Shown: piece by piece, positions 56,636-64,000 of the stretch
Layout of the letters: each line of letters begins with the position of its first letter
Numbering within the stretch: position 1 is the first letter of the stretch
Assembly: GCA_040753015.1 (NCBI GenBank)
Contig: JBFMHM010000004.1
Coordinates: forward strand, 10,853-74,852
From: Candidatus Omnitrophota bacterium
GTDB taxonomy: Bacteria > Omnitrophota > Gorgyraeia > Gygaellales > JBFMHM01
Reading direction: 5' to 3'
DNA length: 64,000 nucleotides
Notes under the pieces: generated by a model
Database searches by the model: none
Told to the model about the DNA's origin: nothing
What the model saw: the letters and a program-made list of their open reading frames with translations, nothing else
Position numbers and translations under genes: made by a program

Positions 56636-57456
56636 TATTCGAGATCCTTTAATGCGATACACAACTCTTCTTTTGTCGGTGCCCTACCATGAAAATCAAC
56701 CACATTCTCCATAAAAGATACGCCTTTACCCTTAATTGTATGAGCAATTATAATAGATGGCTTACCCTTAATAGTTTTTGCCTCTTCATATGCTTCTAAA
56801 ATTTTTCCTATATCGTGACCGTCAATTTCAATTGTATGCCAGCCAAAAGCCTGCCATTTACCTGCCAAAGGCTCAAGATTCATTATATCTTCTATCCTGC
56901 CATCTATTTGAAAACCATTATAATCCAAAATTGCGCATAAATTATCACATTTAAAATGAGATGCTGCCATCGCTGCCTCCCAAATATTACCCTCTTGTAT
57001 CTCTCCGTCTCCCATAAGGCAATATACACGATAATCGATATTATCTAATCTTGAAGCTAATGCCATTCCGATACTAACAGACAATCCCTGACCAAGAGAT
57101 CCGCTAGCAACTTCAACACCAGGCGCCCTTTTATCAGGATGGCCCTGTAGAATACAGCCAAATTTTCTTAAAGACATAAGGTTTTCTTTTGCAAAATAAC
57201 CGCTTTGGGCTAGAACCGCATAAAGTAAAGGACAACAATGCCCCTTAGACATATGAAATCTATCACGATTAGGCATCTTTGGATTTTTAGGGTCATGGCG
57301 GAGAATATCAAAATAAAGACAGCTAATAAGATCGGTTGATGATAAGCTTCCTCCAGGATGGCCAGAACCCGCATTACAAAGCATCTGAATAATTAAACGC
57401 CGTATTTCTTTTGCTTTTTGTTTTAATTTTTCTATTCTGTTAGGATCAATCGTCAT
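56635..57456 (-). CDS. Transketolase, N-terminal subunit
   Basis: GHPGGSLS, SKGH, LQGHP, GDGEIQEG TPP motif. Confidence 0.93.
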   Translation of the reverse strand: MTIDPNRIEKLKQKAKEIRRLIIQMLCNAGSGHPGGSLSSTDLISCLYFDILRHDPKNPKMPNRDRFHMSKGHCCPLLYAVLAQSGYFAKENLMSLRKFGCILQGHPDKRAPGVEVASGSLGQGLSVSIGMALASRLDNIDYRVYCLMGDGEIQEGNIWEAAMAASHFKCDNLCAILDYNGFQIDGRIEDIMNLEPLAGKWQAFGWHTIEIDGHDIGKILEAYEEAKTIKGKPSIIIAHTIKGKGVSFMENVVDFHGRAPTKEELCIALKDLE

Positions 57457-58406
57457 TTTTCTAAAGTATTAATTTTTTCCTTTACTTCTATTTGATTAGG
57501 ATTTAATTCTAGCGCCCTTAACCATGCCTCTCTCGCCTTATCAACTTGGCCATCCTTAAAATAGGCATCACCTAAATGATCAAAAATCAAAGGATCGGCT
57601 AAAAAAATCTTTGCTTCTTCTAAAATATTTATTGCTTCTTTATATTGTGCTTTTTTATAGTTAAGCCATCCCAAGCTATCAAGATATGCACCATTTTTTG
57701 GCTCAAAGCTAAGCGCTTTTTTAATTAGTACCTCTGCTTCGTTAAAATTTTTGCCTTCTTCAATGTAAACAAACCCCAGAGAATTTAAAGCTTGATGAAA
57801 ATCTGGATCTATTCTTATCGCTTCCTTAAATTCATTTGCTGCATCAGGCAGTAAATTTTTTTCTAGGTAAATCGAGCCGAGTAAAAAATGAGTAATTTTA
57901 TCTTCTGGGGCCTTAGTAGCTATACCTTTATATACGTCTAACGCTTCATCTAATTTACCCTGCCTAAAATAAACCTCACCTAAAGCTTTTTTAATTTCAA
58001 TATTTTCTGGTTCAACCTGTGAAGCTTTATTTAAAACAATCTCGTATTCTTTAGCTGCTTTTAAAAAATCGCCTTTTGCTCCATATAAAAGAGCTAGAAG
58101 TAGATGCGGTTCCATGCGCTCAGGAGATAAATTAGAAGCAACTACAAATTCATCTATTGCTTCATCTATCCTATCGCGCTTAACATATACAAGGCCTAAC
58201 CTTATATGAATATCAACACTACTATAATCGTACTTTAAAGCTTCTTTATATTCTTCAATCGCCTCATCTAACTTATTAAACTTTTCATAAATAGAGGCTC
58301 TTGTGAAATGAGCATAAGCAGAAGATGTATTATCATTAACAGTAGAAGCGAATAATAAATTTAGGCTAAGAAATATAATAAAAAGACAAAAAAATATTAC
58401 CTTCAT
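57453..58406 (-). CDS. Secreted TPR protein
   Basis: Signal peptide, multiple TPRs, AYLDSLGW, DHLGDAY. Confidence 0.85.
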   Translation of the reverse strand: MKVIFFCLFIIFLSLNLLFASTVNDNTSSAYAHFTRASIYEKFNKLDEAIEEYKEALKYDYSSVDIHIRLGLVYVKRDRIDEAIDEFVVASNLSPERMEPHLLLALLYGAKGDFLKAAKEYEIVLNKASQVEPENIEIKKALGEVYFRQGKLDEALDVYKGIATKAPEDKITHFLLGSIYLEKNLLPDAANEFKEAIRIDPDFHQALNSLGFVYIEEGKNFNEAEVLIKKALSFEPKNGAYLDSLGWLNYKKAQYKEAINILEEAKIFLADPLIFDHLGDAYFKDGQVDKAREAWLRALELNPNQIEVKEKINTLEK

Positions 58407-58432
58407 AAAAGCATTTTGCATTTTGCGCTTTT

Positions 58433-58462
58433 TCCACCCAAGGCGGATCAGCCTATGGCTGA
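58433..58462. repeat. 30-bp double palindrome TCCACC-CAA-GGCGGA TCAGCC-TAT-GGCTGA (intergenic)
   Basis: Same 15+15 architecture as the serS insertion, with a compensatory base change. Confidence 0.85.
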
Positions 58463-58477
58463 AATTTTCTCTCTTTT

Positions 58478-58579
58478 TTATCCCCAGGATCTTTTCTTTA
58501 AATGCCGACGACGACGTAACGCTTTCTTTCTTTTATGCGTCGCGATCTTTCGTCTTTTCCTTTTTCTACCGCAAGGCAC
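58478..58579 (-). CDS. Small basic ribosomal protein bS22/mS38 (AURKAIP1/COX24-like), not in ORF track
   Basis: GTG start after AGGAGG; MPCGRKRKRRKIATHKRKKALRRRRHLKKRSWG. Confidence 0.8.
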   Translation of the reverse strand: MPCGRKRKRRKIATHKRKKALRRRRHLKKRSWG

Positions 58580-58590
58580 AGCATCCTCCT

Positions 58591-59469
58591 TTAATATATT
58601 ACCTTATTTAACGGATATTCTATGATCCCCTCTGCACCAGCCTCTCTCAAGCGAGGGATAAGGCGCCTTACATCAAATTCATTAATAATTGTTTCTATGG
58701 CGCACCAATTTTCTTGGGTCAAACTTGAGACTGTCGGTTCTCTTAGTGCTGGGAGCAAAGAAATTATTTTTTTTAGACTACCTTTAGGTACATTCATCTT
58801 AAGTCCAACCTTACTCTCGGATAGAATTGCGCCTTTTAAAAGCATAATAATTTCCTGCATTTTTCTCTTTTTAAAATTATTTCTATAAGAAGTTTTATTC
58901 GCAATAAATTGTGTTGTTGACGTACAAACAGTTGCAATTTCTATTAAACGATTTGCCCGAAGGCTAGAGCCTGTTTCAGTCAATTCAACAATTGCATCAA
59001 CCATACCAGCCCTGACTTTAACTTCTGTAGCACCCCAGCTAAATTCAACCTTCGCCTTAACTTTATTTTTCTTTAGAAAAGCCTTTGTTACATTAACTAA
59101 TTCAGTAGCGATCAGTTTACCTTCTAAATCTTTTATTTTCCTTATTCCGCAACTTTCTGGAACTGCAACTACCCAACGCACAGGAAGTAAACTTTGTTTT
59201 GCATATTCTAAATCACAAAGACGCTCTACATCAGAATTATTCTCACAAATCCAATCATTGCCAGTTATACCACAATCGAGAGCGCCATCAGCCACATAAC
59301 GTGACATCTCCTGAGCTCGTAATAACACGCATTCGATCTCTGCATCATCAATGCTAGGAAAATAAGAACGCTCCTTTATTTTCACATTGAATCCTGCCTT
59401 ATTAAACATCTTAACTGTAGATGCCTCAAGGCTCCCTTTTGGCAAACCTAATTTTATTTTTTCTTCCAT
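58591..59469 (-). CDS. hisG: ATP phosphoribosyltransferase, long form
   Basis: LPKGSL, LRAQEM, SWGATE, ETGSSL. Confidence 0.95.
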   Translation of the reverse strand: MEEKIKLGLPKGSLEASTVKMFNKAGFNVKIKERSYFPSIDDAEIECVLLRAQEMSRYVADGALDCGITGNDWICENNSDVERLCDLEYAKQSLLPVRWVVAVPESCGIRKIKDLEGKLIATELVNVTKAFLKKNKVKAKVEFSWGATEVKVRAGMVDAIVELTETGSSLRANRLIEIATVCTSTTQFIANKTSYRNNFKKRKMQEIIMLLKGAILSESKVGLKMNVPKGSLKKIISLLPALREPTVSSLTQENWCAIETIINEFDVRRLIPRLREAGAEGIIEYPLNKVIY

Positions 59470-59508
59470 ATTCAATCTCTTCTTAAAAAATATTTTTCAA
59501 ACGCACTA

Positions 59509-59549
59509 ATTATACATTTACTTGACATTATTGTAAAGCAAAATATAAT
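59509..59549. promoter_or_regulatory. Overlapping divergent sigma70 promoters (hisG / speD)
   Basis: Plus: TTGACA 59522-59527, 16 bp, TATAAT 59544-59549. Minus: TTTACA 59537-59532, 17 bp, TATAAT 59514-59509. Confidence 0.7.
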
Positions 59550-59581
59550 ATAAAAATAAATACACCTAAAGGAGAATATAA

Positions 59582-60028
59582 ATGAAAACAATTAAAAATC
59601 CGGCTTTTGGTTTCCAACTTTTATTAGATTTATACGGTTGCAAAGAAGGTGTTTGTGATGACCTTACTCTTTGTTATCAATATTTAGACGATATCGTTTC
59701 TTTCTTAGGCATGGAAAAACAATCACCCCCTAGCATTTTTAGGACTGACGGAGTAAAATTCCCTGATAAGGCGGGCCTCTCCGGATGGGCTCCTCTTGTA
59801 GAAAGTTCGATAGTAATCCATACGTTAAGCCCGAAAAATTTCATCTCTATTGATGTTTATTGTTGCAAAGAGTTTGACCGCCAAAAAGCTAAAGAATTTA
59901 CCCATAAATTCTTTGAGCCACAAAGGATGGATGATTTTTATTTAGAGCGCGGGCTTGATTATTACAAAGAGGAAAGGAACAGGACAAGAATCACAACTAC
60001 GAACGTAAAAGAAAAAGCTATCCACTAA
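59582..60028 (+). CDS. speD: Pyruvoyl-dependent S-adenosylmethionine decarboxylase family proenzyme
   Basis: LLLDLYGC, GLSG, ES cleavage site (LVESSIVIHT), IDVYCC. Confidence 0.75.
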   Translation: MKTIKNPAFGFQLLLDLYGCKEGVCDDLTLCYQYLDDIVSFLGMEKQSPPSIFRTDGVKFPDKAGLSGWAPLVESSIVIHTLSPKNFISIDVYCCKEFDRQKAKEFTHKFFEPQRMDDFYLERGLDYYKEERNRTRITTTNVKEKAIH

Positions 60029-60046
60029 TCATCTCTTGTAAATTTT

Positions 60047-61168
60047 ATGTTAAAATTTCTAAGAAAGAAAAATATTGCTAAAAAAATTTTCTTATTATTG
60101 GCTATAATCGTCATTCCTGCTTTTGTATTTTGGGGTGTTGGCCCTGGTACAAAAGAAAAAAATAATTCTAAATGCATAGGTGAAATTTTTGGGAAAAAAG
60201 TCGATATAGATGAATTTAAAAAAGCTTATAGGACAGTATTTATCCAGGCTTCCTTAAGATTTGGTGATGAATTCAGAAAAATAGAACCCTTCCTTAATTT
60301 AAGCGAACAAGCCTGGGATAGGCTAATTCTGCTTAAAGAAGCTAAAAATAAACGTATAAAAATAAAAGATGATGAAATAATAAAATTTATTCAGGATCTC
60401 GCTATATTCCAGAAAGATGAAAAATTTGATCAAAAAATATATTCAAATATTCTCCAATATTTAAGAGTAGACCCCAGAGAATTTGAAGAACAAATCCGTG
60501 ATACAATAAAAATTGAAAAATTATATAAGTTTGTAACTGATAATATAAAATTAGATGATAACCAAGCCTTAGACATTTATAAACATAAGAATGATAAGGT
60601 TAAAATTGATTATGTTGATTTTATAATTAAAGATTTCAAACAAAAAGTTAAATTCTCCGATAACCAAATAAAAGAATTCTATGATAAAAATATAACATTA
60701 TTCCCTTTAGAATTTAATAAAGTTAAGGATGAAGTAAAAGAAATGTTTGTAGATATGGAAGCTAAGAAATTAGCGGAAGCTTCTGCTTTAAACGCTATAA
60801 GTACTTTTAAAAAATATGGCGTAAAAGATGAAGCAGGATTTATCAAATCTGCTAAATCACTGAAATTGACAATAAATACGCCAAAAGAGTTTACTCGAGA
60901 AGATTACATTGATAATATAGGAATGAACAAAAATTTCGTTGAAACAGCATTTAATCTTATTCCAAATACATTAAGTGATATTATCGAAACTCCCAGCGGA
61001 TTTTATATAATATTCAAAAGAGATTATATCTTTGCGGATGAAAAACAATTTAATGCTGAAAAAGAAAAACTAAAAGAGCAATATCTCGGCGAGAAAAAAC
61101 AAAAGGCCTTTGACGATTTTTTCAAAGGTCTAAAAAAACGCACCCAACTCTATACCCTGCCAAGATAA
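60047..61168 (+). CDS. SurA N-terminal domain / PpiD-like periplasmic chaperone
   Basis: MLKFLRK, IIVIPAFVFWG anchor, degenerate parvulin (SDIIETPSGFYII). Confidence 0.8.
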   Translation: MLKFLRKKNIAKKIFLLLAIIVIPAFVFWGVGPGTKEKNNSKCIGEIFGKKVDIDEFKKAYRTVFIQASLRFGDEFRKIEPFLNLSEQAWDRLILLKEAKNKRIKIKDDEIIKFIQDLAIFQKDEKFDQKIYSNILQYLRVDPREFEEQIRDTIKIEKLYKFVTDNIKLDDNQALDIYKHKNDKVKIDYVDFIIKDFKQKVKFSDNQIKEFYDKNITLFPLEFNKVKDEVKEMFVDMEAKKLAEASALNAISTFKKYGVKDEAGFIKSAKSLKLTINTPKEFTREDYIDNIGMNKNFVETAFNLIPNTLSDIIETPSGFYIIFKRDYIFADEKQFNAEKEKLKEQYLGEKKQKAFDDFFKGLKKRTQLYTLPR

Positions 61169-61179
61169 CAATACAAAAC

Positions 61180-61215
61180 AAAAAGGCGAAAAGTATTTCT
61201 ACTTTTCGCCTTTTT
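61180..61215. terminator. Bidirectional rho-independent terminator
   Basis: AAAAAGGCGAAAAGTA-TTTC-TACTTTTCGCCTTTTT between convergent genes. Confidence 0.85.
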
Positions 61216-61229
61216 TACAATCGTTTACT

Positions 61230-61412
61230 TTAAGCTACTTTTATTGCATTTACTGGACAGCTGTCAGCAACTTCTTTTAAATTATGCGTTGGGCAAGCAT
61301 TAGCTAGCACATGTGCAATACCATCACCCTCAACTTTAAAAACTTCAGGACAAGAATTTTCACACAACCCACAACCTACACAAGTAGACGCATCTACAGT
61401 AACTTTTGCCAT
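61230..61412 (-). CDS. Monocluster ferredoxin
   Basis: CVGCGLC...CPVNAI. Confidence 0.92.
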   Translation of the reverse strand: MAKVTVDASTCVGCGLCENSCPEVFKVEGDGIAHVLANACPTHNLKEVADSCPVNAIKVA

Positions 61413-61413
61413 C

Positions 61414-62334
61414 TTATTTTCCTCCTTCTTGCTGAACCTGTTCTAATTTTAATCCATAAACTAAAATATTGTTATCTGCAATATCCTGAATTAACTTTAA
61501 TTGCTCTGGGCTTGTAAGCAAATGTTTGAAACGCCCTTGTAATTTTAAATACTCTTCGACCTTAACATCACCTTTAATCTTTCTAACATTGGTTAACTTA
61601 CCATTTTCATATTCAATTATAGGATACAAACCTGTTTCAACCGCAAGCTTTGCAATTTCAAAGGTCAAATTTGACTCATGTCTCCAACCAAGCGGACAAG
61701 GCACATGAATTTGCAAATATTTTGGCCCTTTAATTGAAAGCGCCTTCTTAACTTTCTTTTGTATATCAAGAGGGTAAGCAACTGACGCTGTAGCAACATA
61801 AGGCAGGCCGTGAGCGCGGGCAATCTCTGGCATTGGTTTTTTAGGCCGAGGATTACCAAAAGATTCCTTACCTATTGGCGTAGTAGTAGTATTTGCTTTA
61901 AATGGTGTAAGGCCGCTGCGCTGAACACCTGTATTTTCGTATGCCTCGTTATCATAACAAATACTTAAAATATCATGGCCTCTTTCCCACATTCCCGACA
62001 GTGCCTGTAAACCAATATCTGCCGTACCGCCATCGCCTGCTTGGGCAATTACATTTATTGTGTCTTTTTTCCCAAGATATCTTAAGGCCACTTCAACGCC
62101 AGATGAAACCGCACCGGCATTTTCAAATAATGAATGAATCCAAGGAACACCCCAGGCAGTTTCGGGGTATTTGGTGCTAAATACTTCAAGGCATCCAGTA
62201 TTATTTACAACTATTGTGTTTGGACCAGCTGCATCAATCACAAGGCGTGCTGCCATAGACTGCCCGCATCCTGCACAAGCAGTATGCCCGGATAAAAATA
62301 AATGTTCTTCTTTTTCTTGTGCTGTGTTTATCAT
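61414..62334 (-). CDS. porB: Pyruvate/2-oxoacid:ferredoxin oxidoreductase beta subunit
   Basis: GHTACAGC, TGCLEV, GDGGTADIG, YDNEAYENTG, PCPLGW. Confidence 0.93.
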   Translation of the reverse strand: MINTAQEKEEHLFLSGHTACAGCGQSMAARLVIDAAGPNTIVVNNTGCLEVFSTKYPETAWGVPWIHSLFENAGAVSSGVEVALRYLGKKDTINVIAQAGDGGTADIGLQALSGMWERGHDILSICYDNEAYENTGVQRSGLTPFKANTTTTPIGKESFGNPRPKKPMPEIARAHGLPYVATASVAYPLDIQKKVKKALSIKGPKYLQIHVPCPLGWRHESNLTFEIAKLAVETGLYPIIEYENGKLTNVRKIKGDVKVEEYLKLQGRFKHLLTSPEQLKLIQDIADNNILVYGLKLEQVQQEGGK

Positions 62335-63512
62335 AGAGCTCCTCCTGTCAACAACTCTGGCTTCAAATCAATAAACTCACCGTCAAGCTCCTTTACTGAA
62401 AGTTTTCTAAAAATTTCTTTAATTGAATCTTTACTAATATCGCGGCCGCCAAGACCAAGAATAAAACTCGAAATTGTTTTAGGTGATTTTTTTCTATTTG
62501 CAAACAATGCCTTTATCTCAGAATACAAAGGCGCTAAACTCCCTAAAGATACAGCCTTGTCAACGACAGCAACCCTTGGAATATCTCTTAAGGCCTTAAA
62601 AATTAATTCCTTAGGAAACGGCCTATAAGACATAATCTTAAGCACTCCCCATTTTTGCCCTTTCTTACGAGCCTCATCAACAACATCTTTTATTGTCCCG
62701 CAAACAGAACCAAGGGCAACAATAACTTTATCCGCATCTTTAGTCTTGTACTCTTCAATTAAATTCCCATATGAACGGCCAAAAATATCCTCGAATTCTT
62801 TTGTAATTTTTGGCATCTCATCCAGTATTTCATCAAACGTCTTCTGAATTGCAAAACGTGTTTCCATATAATAATCTGGATCGGCAAGACACCCTAAACT
62901 TAGAGGTTTATTTATATCTAATTTATAAGGCGCATCATAAACTGGTAAAAATTTATTTACATCAGTTTCGCTAGGTATATCAACGGTTTCAACGCCATGA
63001 GTCAAGATAAAACCATCCATACAAACCATAACTGGGAGCATAAATTTTTTATCCTCGGCTATTTTATATGCTAACAGATGAAAATCAACCGCTTCCTGCA
63101 AATTTTCAGCAAATAATTGCAGCCAACCAGAGTCTCTTAAAGATATCGAATCCTGCTGGTCATTCCAAATATTTATTGGCCCCGAAATCGCCCTATTTGC
63201 GCAAGTCATTACAACCGGAAGGCGCATCCCAGCAATATTAAAAACAACTTCAGCCATAAGAAAAAGCCCTTGAGAACTTGTAGCTGTATAAACCCTAACC
63301 CCGGTTGCTGAACTACCTAAAACAACAGATGCTGCTGAATGCTCGCTCTCTACGTTCACAAACTGCGCGCTAAGCTCTCCGTTACTAACCATTGTGGCGA
63401 GATTTTCAACAATATGAGTCTGTGGTGTAATTGGATAAGCTGAAATAACAGCCGGTTTACATAATTTTATAATCTCGGCTATTGCCTCTGAACCTTCTAA
63501 AAACTTCCTCAT
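62331..63512 (-). CDS. porA: Pyruvate/2-oxoacid:ferredoxin oxidoreductase alpha subunit
   Basis: AYPITPQT, ESEHSA, TATSSQG, GLGGRD. Confidence 0.94.
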   Translation of the reverse strand: MRKFLEGSEAIAEIIKLCKPAVISAYPITPQTHIVENLATMVSNGELSAQFVNVESEHSAASVVLGSSATGVRVYTATSSQGLFLMAEVVFNIAGMRLPVVMTCANRAISGPINIWNDQQDSISLRDSGWLQLFAENLQEAVDFHLLAYKIAEDKKFMLPVMVCMDGFILTHGVETVDIPSETDVNKFLPVYDAPYKLDINKPLSLGCLADPDYYMETRFAIQKTFDEILDEMPKITKEFEDIFGRSYGNLIEEYKTKDADKVIVALGSVCGTIKDVVDEARKKGQKWGVLKIMSYRPFPKELIFKALRDIPRVAVVDKAVSLGSLAPLYSEIKALFANRKKSPKTISSFILGLGGRDISKDSIKEIFRKLSVKELDGEFIDLKPELLTGGAL

Positions 63513-63772
63513 ATTTTCTCTCCTTCATCTACCATATCAATATCTTTCTTAGGACAAATTGATGCACAAATCCCACAACCCTTACAATAGGCATAATTAC
63601 AATCAAAAGTATTCTTTTCTTTACCAGAGATACATCCTTCAGGACAAAATAAGACACACATACGGCAAGCAATACAATTCTTCTTCAGAAATTTAGGCTT
63701 TTTACCCGTCCTCCACGAACCTGTTTTATTTTTTTTACTTGAACCGGGCCTACCTATTAATGGACCAAACAT
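63509..63772 (-). CDS. porD: POR delta subunit (2x[4Fe-4S])
   Basis: KTGSWR, CIACRMC..CP, CKGCGIC..CP. Confidence 0.92.
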   Translation of the reverse strand: MFGPLIGRPGSSKKNKTGSWRTGKKPKFLKKNCIACRMCVLFCPEGCISGKEKNTFDCNYAYCKGCGICASICPKKDIDMVDEGEKI

Positions 63773-64000
63773 TATTTACCTCCTAAAATATAATCATATC
63801 CTGCTTGGGCAGCTTTAATATTTAAATCAGCAATTTTGGAATTAAACTTCTTATTAATTGCTTCAAATAAAGATTCTAATTTAATCTCTTTTGTAGCTGC
63901 GGCAAATGCTCCTAAAAGTGCGGTATTGCCTAACGGCCTACCTATTGTCTTTAGGGCAATTTCATTCGCTGGAACTCCAAAAACTTTCTGTGTTTTTTTT
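63772..64000 (-). CDS. porC: POR gamma subunit, C-terminal part (runs off window)
   Basis: Manual translation ...VPANEIALKTIGRPLGNTALLGAFAA...NIKAAQAGYDYILGGK-stop. Confidence 0.85.
   Translation of the reverse strand, partial: KKTQKVFGVPANEIALKTIGRPLGNTALLGAFAAATKEIKLESLFEAINKKFNSKIADLNIKAAQAGYDYILGGK

Noticed and set aside
880-62628. Numerous 60-165 aa plus-strand ORFs in the track
   Set aside because: Antisense shadows of well-supported minus-strand genes, with no motifs or RBS

Overview
AT-rich bacterial chromosome segment with almost every gene on the minus strand. It comes from a diderm, probably anaerobic lineage; the LpxC-FabZ fusion, LpxI, Zn-ribbon SpoVG, archease/RtcB and four-subunit POR suggest Omnitrophota/PVC (inference only). 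Contents from left to right: an F-type ATP synthase operon (atpB-E-F-H-A...) directly downstream of a trehalose cluster (TM-HAMP-OtsA fusion, otsB, DUF5752/OrfY, treT); a wHTH-TolC-HlyD-ABC efflux operon; a Zn/Mn ABC importer; a small islet at tRNA-Asn; recR-dnaX-tadA; a serS/tRNA region with all four tRNA-Ser isoacceptors plus Arg(ACG), Arg(TCG), Lys and Asn, interleaved with accessory DNA (IS3, nuclease-like ORF, gene fragments, GIY-YIG cassette); archease/rtcB split by a lysozyme-like gene pair; and the core lpx-bamA-dnaB-rplI-rpsR-ssb-rpsF-pth-rplY-prs-glmU-tRNA-Gln-spoVG-ispE-tkt-hisG block, followed by speD, a SurA-like gene and por genes. The strongest unexplained signal is a family of tiny GC-rich palindromic insertions (TCCGCC-N3-GGCGGA doublets and a CCTG(C/T)CTG..CAGGCAGG 20-mer). 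Their empty sites can be reconstructed in serS, at the tolC/hlyD junction and in a duplicated tRNA-Ser 5' part, and the most elaborate copies bracket a stand-alone GIY-YIG nuclease gene. This is a candidate nuclease/palindrome mobile system. All calls were made by eye; no database search was run.
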